Virus record (IMG/VR): IMGVR_UViG_3300011918_000007
Coordinates: 1 to 34,566 of that record
Reading direction: 5' to 3' (one strand)
Length of the DNA: 34,566 nt
From: a virus
Lineage: Duplodnaviria; Caudoviricetes
Shown piece by piece: positions 22,799 to 32,578 of the stretch. The notes beneath the pieces were generated by a model. The model ran no database searches. It was not told where the DNA came from and saw only the letters and a list, made by a program, of their open reading frames with translations. The position numbers and the translations under genes are program-made. Position 1 is the stretch's first letter. Each line of letters begins with the position of its first letter.

Positions 22799-25267
22799 AT
22801 GGCTGACCCTGCCGAGACTGAAAACCAAAACATCCTGCCCGTTCAGGCGCTGTTTAATTTAGACAATTCGTTTAACACTTTCATCGGGCAAGGTCAGCCG
22901 TTCTTCGCTACTGTGAATCCATCCCAATCGGGATTGAACATCACAAATAGCACGATCAACAGTAGCCCTATCGGGGCAACTACACCTTCAACGGGTGTTT
23001 TTACTAATATCTTGACCTCAACAGGGCAAGTAACTACTGCGCCAAGTGGCAACACAGACATTGCCAACAAGCAGTATGTGGATGCCGTTGCTCAAGGGTT
23101 AAACCCAAAGCAAGCCGTTAAGTGCGCGACAACCGTAAACATTACTTTGTCTGGCTTGCAAGCTATTGACACCTACACCACATTGGCTGGTGACAGGGTG
23201 CTGGTTAAGAATCAAAGCACACAATCACAAAACGGCATTTACATTGCTGCGGCTGGCGCTTGGACACGCGCAACGGACATGGATGTGTGGGCAGAAGTGC
23301 CTGGCGCTTACACGGTTGTTTTGGGCGGCTTTACTAACATCAATACTGGTTGGGTTTCCAATTCTGCTGATGTTGGCACGATTAACGTCACACCAGTTAC
23401 TTTTGTCCAGTTCTCTGGAACTGGAACTTATTTTGCGGGTACAGGTCTAACCCTTGGTGCTAATACATTCAGCATCACAAATACTGGCGTGATTGCGGCT
23501 TCGGTTGGCTCTGCATCTAAGACGCTTACAGCCACAGTCAACGCACAAGGCCAATTGACCGCGCTGGCTGATACAAACATTGCCATTGCAAACACACAGG
23601 TGTCTGGTCTTGGCACTATGTCTACGCAAAACGCTAACAGCGTTGCTGTAACTGGCGGGACAATTGATGGCACTACGATTGGCGGCACAACTGCGGCGGC
23701 GGTAACTGGCACAACCATCACAGCAAGCACGCAATTTTCGGGCGCTGGCACTGGTTTAACGGGTACAGCAAGCGGTTTGTCTATTGGTGGCAATGCAGCT
23801 ACTGCAACAACGGCTGGCTCTGCTTCTACGGCGACAACCGCAACCAATTTGGCTGGTGGCGCTACTGGCTCTGTGCCTTATCAAGCGTCTAGCGGCTCAA
23901 CGTCAATGTTGGCGGCTGGTGCTAATGGTCAAGTGCTGACTTTGGCTGCTGGCATCCCATCATGGGCAACGCCTACGGTTGGCACAGTTACATCGGTTGG
24001 CGGCACAGGTACGGTATCGGGCATTTCTTTGTCTGGTACGGTCACAAGTTCAGGCGATTTGACCCTTGGCGGCACACTTGATCTGTCTGTGCCACCCGCT
24101 ATTGGTGGAACAACTGCAAACACAATTAGAGGCACAACGATCACGGCAACAACAAAGTTTGTCGGGCCTTTCTTTGATGCGGCAACAAGTGCAGGCGGCG
24201 CATTACGCAATTTGGGCGGCACAACGCAATTGTTATGGGGCGCAGGCGGCGCTGATAATTTGACTTTGTATGTTTCTACCAACATTAACGGTACAAACGC
24301 CCAAATTGACATTAGCCCAACTGGTACAGGCCACGTTCACATAAAGCCTACTGGCGTTAACTCAGTCGAAATTGCGCCTATTTTTGTTGGCGACATGGAA
24401 AACGTTGCTATTGGCGCAGTAACCCCTGCCGCTGGTACGTTCACCACCTTGCGCTTCAACACAAATCTTTCAATCAATGGCTCAACTGGAACGATTGGAC
24501 AAGTTCTAACGTCTAACGGGTCAGGCTTGCCTACTTGGACAACGCCAGCATCGGCTGTGACGGTAAGTGATGACACAAGCACCGCCACAACCCGCTATCC
24601 GCTGTTTGCAGACGCTACAAGCGGTTCTGCCTCTACTATCTACACTAGCTCCACCAAATACCAATATGTGCCTTCTACGGGCATTTTGACCGCAACTGGC
24701 TTTGCTGGTTCAGGCGCAGGGTTAACGGGTACGGCAACAAGTCTTTCGATTGGCGGCAATGCTGCTACGGCAACAAGTGCAACAACTGCAACAAACTTGG
24801 CTGGCGGCGCAACTGGTTCATTGCCATATCAAGCAAGCGCAGGGTCTACGACTTTTCTTTCTGCTGGCACTAACGGTCAAATCCTGACATTGGCGGCTGG
24901 TGTCCCATCTTGGGCTGCTGCGCCTGTAACTGGCATCACGATTACAGATGACACCACGACTAACGCCACGCGCTATTTGACGTTTACAAGTGCAACGACA
25001 GGCACAATCACTGGTGAGGATGTATCGTCAACTAAACTGCAATACAACCCAAGCACAGGGACTTTGAGTTCCACAAACGTAACCGCAAGCGGTACGGTGA
25101 CAGGCGCTTTGGTTAATGCAACGAATGGCATTGTGATTAACAGCTTAACGGTTGCTGCAAGCTATTCAATTCCAAGCGGTTCAAGCGCAATGTCTTCTGG
25201 CCCTATTACTGTTGCTTCAGGGCAATCGGTGACGGTGGCAAGCGGCTCGCGTTGGGTTGTTTTATAA
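22799..25267 (+). CDS. Tail fibre-like protein (822 aa) with internal repeats
   Basis: G/T/A/S-rich; ANKQYVD, GDRVLVKNQ..QNGIY....W.R..D fibre motifs. Confidence 0.8.
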   Translation: MADPAETENQNILPVQALFNLDNSFNTFIGQGQPFFATVNPSQSGLNITNSTINSSPIGATTPSTGVFTNILTSTGQVTTAPSGNTDIANKQYVDAVAQGLNPKQAVKCATTVNITLSGLQAIDTYTTLAGDRVLVKNQSTQSQNGIYIAAAGAWTRATDMDVWAEVPGAYTVVLGGFTNINTGWVSNSADVGTINVTPVTFVQFSGTGTYFAGTGLTLGANTFSITNTGVIAASVGSASKTLTATVNAQGQLTALADTNIAIANTQVSGLGTMSTQNANSVAVTGGTIDGTTIGGTTAAAVTGTTITASTQFSGAGTGLTGTASGLSIGGNAATATTAGSASTATTATNLAGGATGSVPYQASSGSTSMLAAGANGQVLTLAAGIPSWATPTVGTVTSVGGTGTVSGISLSGTVTSSGDLTLGGTLDLSVPPAIGGTTANTIRGTTITATTKFVGPFFDAATSAGGALRNLGGTTQLLWGAGGADNLTLYVSTNINGTNAQIDISPTGTGHVHIKPTGVNSVEIAPIFVGDMENVAIGAVTPAAGTFTTLRFNTNLSINGSTGTIGQVLTSNGSGLPTWTTPASAVTVSDDTSTATTRYPLFADATSGSASTIYTSSTKYQYVPSTGILTATGFAGSGAGLTGTATSLSIGGNAATATSATTATNLAGGATGSLPYQASAGSTTFLSAGTNGQILTLAAGVPSWAAAPVTGITITDDTTTNATRYLTFTSATTGTITGEDVSSTKLQYNPSTGTLSSTNVTASGTVTGALVNATNGIVINSLTVAASYSIPSGSSAMSSGPITVASGQSVTVASGSRWVVL

Positions 25268-25275
25268 GGAACGCC

Positions 25276-25587
25276 ATGTTTGAGTGGAAAATTACAGAAA
25301 TTCAAGCCACAGATGGTTTGATTACGCAAGCGAAATACCACGTTACGCTGTCAGAAGACGGTAAGAAAGTGGAAACAGAAGGATATTGGAAGTTTGGCGA
25401 CCCTGTTTTGACTGTGCCGTTTGACAAAGTAACAGAGCAAGTGGTTGCGGGATGGATTCAACAAGAGGCTGTTCAATACGGCAAAAATATCATAGAATCA
25501 TGCCTAACGGAACAGCTTGAAGCATTGAAGACGCAAAAGGTCTTGCCGCCCTGGGTTCCACAAGTGTTCACATTGGATATGAAATGA
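25276..25587 (+). CDS. Fibre-associated small protein (chaperone-like)
   Basis: SD AAGGA before ATG 25276; PF..VTE..V.GW and PW motif. Confidence 0.6.
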   Translation: MFEWKITEIQATDGLITQAKYHVTLSEDGKKVETEGYWKFGDPVLTVPFDKVTEQVVAGWIQQEAVQYGKNIIESCLTEQLEALKTQKVLPPWVPQVFTLDMK

Positions 25588-26564
25588 CAAAGCCAATCGA
25601 CATTATCAGCAGGGCATTAAAAGACATTGGCGCATTAGAAGCTGGTGAAATACCTACGCCTGATGCCGCCCAAGACGCTTTTGACATGATGAACGACTTG
25701 GTTGACCAATGGTCAAACGAGAACATGATGGTTTTCAACGTCACAGAGATTATTTTCCCTGTGATAGCTGGACAAGTTCAGTACAGCCTTGGCCCATATC
25801 CGCAAACGACTAACTTTATTGGCGCATCGTTTCAAGGCTCAATTGTTGGCGACATTCTGACTGTCACAACTGTTAATTCAGGCGCTGTGGTTCAGGGTCA
25901 GATTTTGAGTGGCTCTGGCATAGTAACTGGCACACGCATTATTCGTGGAATTACAGGCGCTGGCGGCAACGTTCTTGAGGCGGGTACATATCGGGTAAAC
26001 ATTCCACAAGCCGTAGCAGCCACAACTATCACGGCAAACTACCAAAAGCCGCTGAACATTGATTCAGCATTTGTTAGGGTAAACACTACGGCAAATGGCC
26101 AGCCAATTACGGGCGGCGGGTTGGACTATCCAGTTTCTGTTTTGGCTTTGCAAGACTATCAAATGATTGGTCTTAAAACGCTAAACGGCCCTTGGCCTAA
26201 AGCTGTTTATTACAACCCTAATGAAGAATCAGGCAACTTGTTTGTTTGGCCTAATCCATCACAAGGTGAAATGCACTTGTTTGCAAACACTTTGTTTACG
26301 CGCTATGGCTCGTTGTATGAAGATGTTGTTTTGCCACAAGGCTACTCAATGTGCTTGCGCTGGTGTCTTGCTGAACGCTTAATGCCTATGTATGGCAAAG
26401 TTTCTACCACACAGATTCAAATGATTAACGCTTATGCCTCGCAAGCAAAGGCCACGCTAAAGCGTACCAATATGTCACCCCTTCAAGTGGCTCGTTATCC
26501 CGATGCGCTTTTAGTCGGCAAATCAAAAGATGCTGGCTGGATTCTCAGCGGCGGCTTTATTTAA
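25584..26564 (+). CDS. Head-tail adaptor (P22 gp4-like) with inserted beta domain
   Basis: DII..AL..IG.L..GE.P....QDA...N..VD.W; LP.GY...L...LA..L.P.YG. Confidence 0.75.
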   Translation: MTKPIDIISRALKDIGALEAGEIPTPDAAQDAFDMMNDLVDQWSNENMMVFNVTEIIFPVIAGQVQYSLGPYPQTTNFIGASFQGSIVGDILTVTTVNSGAVVQGQILSGSGIVTGTRIIRGITGAGGNVLEAGTYRVNIPQAVAATTITANYQKPLNIDSAFVRVNTTANGQPITGGGLDYPVSVLALQDYQMIGLKTLNGPWPKAVYYNPNEESGNLFVWPNPSQGEMHLFANTLFTRYGSLYEDVVLPQGYSMCLRWCLAERLMPMYGKVSTTQIQMINAYASQAKATLKRTNMSPLQVARYPDALLVGKSKDAGWILSGGFI

Positions 26565-26573
26565 GGAACTAAC

Positions 26574-26975
26574 ATGGCATCGACCACGTTTATTGACAAC
26601 CAGACGGTTATTGTTGCTTCATGGCTCAATGACGTTAACGCCTATACCTATAACGGAACTTCACTTAGTGGAATATTGAATGGTTCTACTTTGGCTTTGC
26701 AAACTGGCGGCTTAAACGCAGTCAACATTGATGCAAGTCAAAACGTCACTATTGCTAAATTGGTTTTGCCAACTGGTTTGAAGTTTACAGATGGCACAAC
26801 GCAAACAACTGCGGCTTACATGGGTGCAAATAATTGTTTGTTTGAAAACAACATGACAATTACTGCTAATTACAGTATTACCGCAGGCCGTAGCGCCAGC
26901 AGTGTTGGCCCTATCACAATTAACAGCGGTGTAACCGTAACTGTCCCAAGCGGTAGCAATTGGGTAATTCTTTAA
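26574..26975 (+). CDS. Short fibre adaptor protein
   Basis: ASWLNDVN N-terminus; C-terminal ENN.TIT.NY.I...A.SVGPITI..GVTVTVPSGS.WVIL. Confidence 0.65.
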   Translation: MASTTFIDNQTVIVASWLNDVNAYTYNGTSLSGILNGSTLALQTGGLNAVNIDASQNVTIAKLVLPTGLKFTDGTTQTTAAYMGANNCLFENNMTITANYSITAGRSASSVGPITINSGVTVTVPSGSNWVIL

Positions 26976-26984
26976 GGAAATAAT

Positions 26985-27410
26985 ATGCCATACGGCTCAG
27001 TTTTAACAGATGTGGTGCAATCAAGCATCACTGGTACACCTCCTCAGTTCAATGATGGTAGCGGTACTCAGACGGGTACGCTGTGTCGTGCTTGGGTGAA
27101 CTTCAACGGTACAGGTACTGTTGCTATTCGCGGCAGTTTTAATGTGTCTAGCATTACAGACCAAGGCACTGGAGGGTACACAGTAAACTTCAAAACTGCG
27201 ATGCCTGACGCAAATTATTCTAGTGTTGTGTCCGTATCCCCAACCTCGTTTGGCAATAATAATGGAGGAATGGTTAATATTGCATCGACCATTAGCGGAA
27301 ACAACCAGAATGAACTTGCCCCAACAACTTCAGCAGTTGGAATTACTATTGTTGACAGGTCTGGTTTAGCTGTTGATATTAAATATGTATCTGTCGCAAT
27401 TTTCCGCTAA
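26985..27410 (+). CDS. Fibre/receptor-binding module, paralog 1
   Basis: RAWVNFNG...IR.SFNVSSITD.GTG.YTVNF...MPDANY. Confidence 0.7.
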   Translation: MPYGSVLTDVVQSSITGTPPQFNDGSGTQTGTLCRAWVNFNGTGTVAIRGSFNVSSITDQGTGGYTVNFKTAMPDANYSSVVSVSPTSFGNNNGGMVNIASTISGNNQNELAPTTSAVGITIVDRSGLAVDIKYVSVAIFR

Positions 27411-27419
27411 GGACACACC

Positions 27420-27833
27420 ATGCCAGTAATAATCAACGCATCCCCCTCAAACGGCTTAGTCCAGACCGCTGATGGCTCAGGCATCGTCAAGGTGCAATCA
27501 AACGGCGTGACCACCAATGCTTTGGCTTGGTGTAACTTTAACGGAACGCTATCTGGCCCTATAACACCACGTGCAAATTACAACGTAAGCTCAATTACTA
27601 AGAATAGTACGGCAGACTATACGTTAAATTTCACTTCAGCTCTGTCTGACGCAAACTATGCAATTGCAGGTACAGCGAGGCGCGTTTCTGGACAGTCTTT
27701 TACTGTTGTAACTCAGTCTGAATCAACTGCACAAACAACTTCCGCAGTTCGTATTTTGGTAGTTTCACATCTTTCTGTAACATCGTCACTTTTAGATAGT
27801 GATTATGTTTATGTTTCTGTCTTCGGTAACTAA
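27420..27833 (+). CDS. Fibre/receptor-binding module, paralog 2
   Basis: AWCNFNG...RA.YNVSSIT...T.DYT.NF...L.DANY. Confidence 0.7.
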   Translation: MPVIINASPSNGLVQTADGSGIVKVQSNGVTTNALAWCNFNGTLSGPITPRANYNVSSITKNSTADYTLNFTSALSDANYAIAGTARRVSGQSFTVVTQSESTAQTTSAVRILVVSHLSVTSSLLDSDYVYVSVFGN

Positions 27834-27845
27834 GGAATCACAATC

Positions 27846-28250
27846 ATGGCACAAGTAATCATCTTCACAAACGACAACGGCGGCGTATCAGTCTGCACTC
27901 CCACAGGTGAACTAGACATTCACGCTGTTAAGGCTAAAGACACCCCATCAACTTCAATCATCGTTCAAGATTCTGAACTGCCTCAAGCAGACAATGACTT
28001 TTTCAACGCTTGGGAGTTGGCTAACGGTGTTGTCACAGTCAACTTGGACAAGGCCAAAGAACTTACGCGCACGCGCCTACGCGCTGAACGTGAACCTTTG
28101 TTGGCTGCACAAGATGTGTTGTTCCAACGCGCTCAAGAGACAGGCGCCGATACTGCTGCAATCGTGGCTGAAAAGACCCGTCTGCGTGACATTACAGGCT
28201 TGGTTGATGCTTGCACAACTACTGCACAGCTTCGTGCATTGTCAGCATGA
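27846..28250 (+). CDS. Tail fibre assembly chaperone
   Basis: R..R..LL...DV.F.RA.E........K..LRDI Tfa-like helix. Confidence 0.7.
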   Translation: MAQVIIFTNDNGGVSVCTPTGELDIHAVKAKDTPSTSIIVQDSELPQADNDFFNAWELANGVVTVNLDKAKELTRTRLRAEREPLLAAQDVLFQRAQETGADTAAIVAEKTRLRDITGLVDACTTTAQLRALSA

Positions 28251-28438
28251 ACCGCATAGAAGTAAACGTAGCTACTGGCGAGACAACAGTAGTCCCGTTG
28301 ACACAAGCAGAGCAAGAAGCTGCTGCTGTGCAATACGCTGCGTGGCAAGTTGAAGAAACTGCTCGTCTGGCTAAAGTAGCCGCAGAAGAAGCAAAACAAG
28401 CCAAGTTTGAAGAATGGCTTAAAAAGGAGCAACCATGA
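28247..28438 (+). CDS. Small fibre chaperone-like protein
   Basis: MNRIEVNVATGETTVVPLT.AE; ATGA coupling. Confidence 0.6.
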   Translation: MNRIEVNVATGETTVVPLTQAEQEAAAVQYAAWQVEETARLAKVAAEEAKQAKFEEWLKKEQP

Positions 28439-28962
28439 GTGTAGTAATCAACGGCTCCGCAGGGGTCACAGTCAACTCAGGTGCTGTTCTTGGCATCACT
28501 TTAGGCACAGCCGTAGCAAGCACTTCTGGCACAAGCATTGACTTTACGTCTATCCCTTCTTGGGTAAAACGAATTACTGTGATGTTTAGTGGTGTGAGTA
28601 CAAGTGGAACTTCTATTGTCCAAATCCAACTTGGCGCGGGTTCTGTAACAACAAGTGGTTATTCTTGTATGGGGACACAACTGTCAACTTCAGCAATTGC
28701 TGGCGCAACAGCAACAAGCGGTTTTGTTTTAGGGTCTGATTCAGTCGCGACAGATGTAAGTTATGGGCAAGTTGTTGTTTCAACTTTAGGCTCAAATATT
28801 TGGGAAGGTACTGGCTCAACGTATAGCGGAGCCACAGGGTCAAGAACACGATTTACAGCAGGCGGCATTGCGCTTGGCGGCACTTTAGACCGTGTACGCA
28901 TCACCACAGTAAACGGCACAGACACCTTTGACGCTGGTTCTATTAACATCTTGTACGAGTAA
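28435..28962 (+). CDS. Fibre/receptor-binding module
   Basis: STSGTSIDFTSIPSWVKRITV...LDRVRITT.NGTDTFDAGSINI.YE beta-sandwich. Confidence 0.7.
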   Translation: MSVVINGSAGVTVNSGAVLGITLGTAVASTSGTSIDFTSIPSWVKRITVMFSGVSTSGTSIVQIQLGAGSVTTSGYSCMGTQLSTSAIAGATATSGFVLGSDSVATDVSYGQVVVSTLGSNIWEGTGSTYSGATGSRTRFTAGGIALGGTLDRVRITTVNGTDTFDAGSINILYE

Positions 28963-28964
28963 AT

Positions 28965-31178
28965 ATGGCAGACTTTGGTTTTATCGGGCCAAGTTATGAA
29001 GCTCCATCCATTTACCAAGATGCACAAGAGCTAATAAATTTCTTTGGAGAAATTGACCCGTTAAAACAAGCGGGAGAGCGTGGCATTGTTGCGCTTTATC
29101 CAACGCCAGGTCTTACGCAGTTTGTGCAATTGCCACCACAGCAAGAAGTGCGCGGTATGCGTACCATTTCTGGCGGTCAGTTGATGATTGCGGTTTCAGG
29201 CCCGTATGTTTATGCAATTAACTCAACAGGTTCTTTTTTCCTGCTTGGGTTCTTAAACTCTACGTCAGGCCGTGTCGGTATTTCTGATAATGGCATAAAC
29301 GTTTACATTGTTGACGGTTCTTATCGTTACACATGGCGCATTAACAGCTTGCCAGTGACAAACTTTGTTGCTTCAATTTCAAGCACTACGTTAACCGTTT
29401 CATCTGTTCAATCTGGCGCTATTCGTATTGGTCAACAGATTTTTGGTGTTGGTATGCTGCCAAACACGATTATTACGGCTTTAGGTACAGGCACAGGCGG
29501 CACAGGCACTTACACGGTCAATCAATCACAAACGGTGATTAGCCAAACAATGAACGGTGTTCAGTCTGGCGCTGCCGTTACAGCCTCTATTGGTCAAACC
29601 TTAAGCGGTGTAGCAATTACTGGATTAGCGGGGCAATTTTCTTGTACTGCTGCAACACAGACTTTGGTTGTTGGGCAAGCACTAACAATTAGCGGCACAT
29701 TTGGCGGCACAGGCTCAATTACTGGCTACACCAACCCAACGACCTATTACATCATTGCCACTAACGGCACAACGACATTTACGTTGTCAACAACGCCAAC
29801 TGGTTCTGGCGTTACAACCACAATTGGAACTCCAACTGGTTTAACTTATGCTGTGGCTAACACCACAATGACCATTTCTGCTGTGGCTAACGGTGTTGCT
29901 TACCTAGGTCAAACGGTGCAAGGCGTTGGCATAACGTCAGGAACGATCATTACTGCACTTGGTACTGGCACAGGTGGAGTTGGCACATACACGGTCAGTT
30001 CAGCTCAATATGTGGCTTCAGTCACCATGTATTTGCTCAACTTTAGCCAAATGCCATCCACAGACGGTGCTTTTAGCGGTGGCAATACAGTTGACATTGT
30101 GGACAATTATTTTGTTTACAACAGGCCAAACTCACAACAATTTGGCGCTACAAACCTTTTGTCGCCAATTAGTTCTGGTTTAAGTTTTGCCAGCAAAGAC
30201 GGTGCGCCTGACTTTTTGGTTTCGCTGATTGTTGACCACCGTGAAATCTATTTGTTGGGGGCTGAATCGTCAGAAGTTTGGACTGATGTGGGTGCGTTTC
30301 CGTTCCCATTCCAACGTATCCCTGGCACTTCAACCCAACACGGCATTGCGGCTCAATACTCAATGGCTCGTTTAGGCAATTCGTTTGCTTATTTGTCAAA
30401 GAATAACCGTGGCCAAGGCATGATTGTTCAAATGAACGGTTACACGCCAACTCGCATCTCTACTCACGCAGTAGAAAACAGTTTGTTAAATCAAACAATT
30501 GATGATGCTGTTGCTTACACATACCAGCTTGAAGGCCATGAAATTTATGTGATTTCGTTCCCAAGTATTGATCTTACATGGGCTTACGACACATCAACAA
30601 CAATGTGGCACAAATGGCTTTGGGTAGATTCAGACAACATTTACCATCGTCACCGTTCTAATTGTTCTGCTTCTTTCAACGGTAATGTTTACGTTGGCGA
30701 TTGGCAGAACGGCAAGATTTATTTGTTAGACACAGAAAATTACACAGACGATGGCGGTGAGATTCGTAGATTGCGCCGCTGCCCACATTTGGTGGCTGAT
30801 CTGCAACGCCAATACTTTGATGAGTTACAGATTCAATTCCAGCCTGGCGTGGGTTTGTCTGGTATTGTCAGTTCAAGCAATTCGTCTGCTATTGCAGGGA
30901 TTGCCATTGCTGGAATTGCTGTGGCTGGTTCATCTGCAACGGCTGGTGGTGGCGCTGGTACAAACCCGCAAGCCATGTTGCGCTGGTCAAATGATGGCGG
31001 CTCAACGTGGTCAAAAGAATATTGGGTAGGCATTGGTTTACAAGGCCGCTACAAGAATCGTGCCATTTGGCGCAGATTGGGCATGGCGCGTGACCGAATC
31101 TTTGAAGTGGCGATTACAGACCCTGTAAAGGCTGTGATTGTGTCTGCAAACCTTAAAGCAAGCGGGGCAGATAACTAA
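28965..31178 (+). CDS. Tail hub / packaged DNA stabilisation protein (P22 gp10-like) with inserted domains
   Basis: LYPTPGL, E.W...G..PF.R, YQ.EGH..Y...FP....TWAYD....WH, LRWS.DGG.TWS, W.RLG.ARDR.FE. Confidence 0.88.
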   Translation: MADFGFIGPSYEAPSIYQDAQELINFFGEIDPLKQAGERGIVALYPTPGLTQFVQLPPQQEVRGMRTISGGQLMIAVSGPYVYAINSTGSFFLLGFLNSTSGRVGISDNGINVYIVDGSYRYTWRINSLPVTNFVASISSTTLTVSSVQSGAIRIGQQIFGVGMLPNTIITALGTGTGGTGTYTVNQSQTVISQTMNGVQSGAAVTASIGQTLSGVAITGLAGQFSCTAATQTLVVGQALTISGTFGGTGSITGYTNPTTYYIIATNGTTTFTLSTTPTGSGVTTTIGTPTGLTYAVANTTMTISAVANGVAYLGQTVQGVGITSGTIITALGTGTGGVGTYTVSSAQYVASVTMYLLNFSQMPSTDGAFSGGNTVDIVDNYFVYNRPNSQQFGATNLLSPISSGLSFASKDGAPDFLVSLIVDHREIYLLGAESSEVWTDVGAFPFPFQRIPGTSTQHGIAAQYSMARLGNSFAYLSKNNRGQGMIVQMNGYTPTRISTHAVENSLLNQTIDDAVAYTYQLEGHEIYVISFPSIDLTWAYDTSTTMWHKWLWVDSDNIYHRHRSNCSASFNGNVYVGDWQNGKIYLLDTENYTDDGGEIRRLRRCPHLVADLQRQYFDELQIQFQPGVGLSGIVSSSNSSAIAGIAIAGIAVAGSSATAGGGAGTNPQAMLRWSNDGGSTWSKEYWVGIGLQGRYKNRAIWRRLGMARDRIFEVAITDPVKAVIVSANLKASGADN

Positions 31179-31414
31179 TGTCTAACGGTCTTTACAGCTC
31201 ATCTCAACTAAACCCTTATCCACAGAGCGAGTTTTTGGATGGGGCTACCAAACGCCCAACACGGGCATGGCAACAGTTCTTTTTGAACATTATCAATTTT
31301 ACGTCAGCAACAGATGCAACGGCGGGTTCTGCCACGCTGCCTGCTAATCCTGTTGGGTTTATAAACATCACAGTAAATGGCCAACCTTTTAAGGTTCCAT
31401 ATTACAATCCTTAA
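31178..31414 (+). CDS. Small tail protein (gp26-like position)
   Basis: TRAW..FF and LPANP.GF..I..NG..FKVPYY; follows gp10-like gene. Confidence 0.6.
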   Translation: MSNGLYSSSQLNPYPQSEFLDGATKRPTRAWQQFFLNIINFTSATDATAGSATLPANPVGFINITVNGQPFKVPYYNP

Positions 31415-31415
31415 T

Positions 31416-31766
31416 ATGAACACCGCAGAAATTTTTGCACAAAAAGAAGGCACTTTTGAGTGTGATTTAGGCACTGTTCATCATTTTTCTGATGGGCTTT
31501 ATGCTAAAGAAATGCACATTCCAAAAGGCTATGTTGCTGGCAGTCATGCACACAAGTATTCGCATCTAAGCATATTGTCAAAAGGCAAAGTCATTGTTAA
31601 AACTGATGATTTTGTTAAAGAATTTACAGCGCCAGCTTGCATAGAAATCAAGGCTGGAATTCACCACATGATTGAAGCATTGGAAGATGCGGCGTGGTTT
31701 TGTGTTCATGCAACGGATGAAACAGATGTTTCTAAAGTTGATGAAATCCTAATTAAGGAGAAATAA
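31416..31766 (+). CDS. Cupin-fold protein
   Basis: HHFS.G.YA.E..IP.G.....H.H...H, H.I.ALED..W.CVH. Confidence 0.8.
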   Translation: MNTAEIFAQKEGTFECDLGTVHHFSDGLYAKEMHIPKGYVAGSHAHKYSHLSILSKGKVIVKTDDFVKEFTAPACIEIKAGIHHMIEALEDAAWFCVHATDETDVSKVDEILIKEK

Positions 31767-31768
31767 TT

Positions 31769-32569
31769 ATGCCTATGGGATGGATTGCCGCCGCAACAAT
31801 CGGCGCTGGTTTACTTGGTGCTAATGCCGCTGAAAATGCCGCAGATACTCAAGCCGCATCACAACGCGAATCTATGGCTGTGCAAAAAGCCATGTTTGAC
31901 AAACAAAATCAGCAACAGGCGGGTTATCGCGCTGCTGGTGGTCAGGCTCTTTCACAAATTGGCGCTTTAGGTTCTGGAACATACGGAATGTATGACGCTG
32001 AAGGCAACCCAATTGGAACTGGTACAGGCTCTGGTTATTTAACCAAGCAGTTTACGCCTCAAGATTTTGCTGAAGGCGTTGACCCTGGCTTTGCGTTCCG
32101 TTTGAAAATGGGCCAAGAACAAGCCCAACGACAAGCCAACCAAGCTGGTGGCGCTATTGGCGGTAATGTTTTGGCTGGTCTGCAAGACTACACACAAGGG
32201 CAAGCAAGCCAAGAATACGGCAATGCGTTTAATCGTTTCCAAACCCAACGTGGCAACATCTATAACACTTTGGCATCAATTGCTGGTTTAGGTCAGACTT
32301 CACTTGGTCAAACAGGCGTAGCAGGGACAGCCGCTGGCGCTAACATTGGACAAGCAATTGGCAACATAGGCTCTGCACAAGCGGCTGGAACTGTGGGCGC
32401 TGCAAATGCTATTGGCGGTGCTGCTCAAGGTTTAGGTAATCAATATTATTTAAGCCAATTGCTAAAGCCGCAAACAACAGCTACATCGCCAACTACAAAT
32501 TATTCCAGCGGTGCTAACTATGATCTAACGTCAGGTCAAAGCACTGGTGGACTTGGATTGCGTACATAA
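31769..32569 (+). CDS. DNA ejection/pilot protein (P22 gp7-like)
   Basis: Hydrophobic G/A N-terminus; DPG..FRL..G, Y.QG.ASQEY.NAFNR. Confidence 0.75.
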   Translation: MPMGWIAAATIGAGLLGANAAENAADTQAASQRESMAVQKAMFDKQNQQQAGYRAAGGQALSQIGALGSGTYGMYDAEGNPIGTGTGSGYLTKQFTPQDFAEGVDPGFAFRLKMGQEQAQRQANQAGGAIGGNVLAGLQDYTQGQASQEYGNAFNRFQTQRGNIYNTLASIAGLGQTSLGQTGVAGTAAGANIGQAIGNIGSAQAAGTVGAANAIGGAAQGLGNQYYLSQLLKPQTTATSPTTNYSSGANYDLTSGQSTGGLGLRT

Positions 32570-32578
32570 GGAACAATC

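Noticed and set aside
26985-27833. Diversity-generating retroelement template/variable repeat pair
   Set aside because: No reverse transcriptase in the genome, and differences between the paralogs are not adenine-specific.
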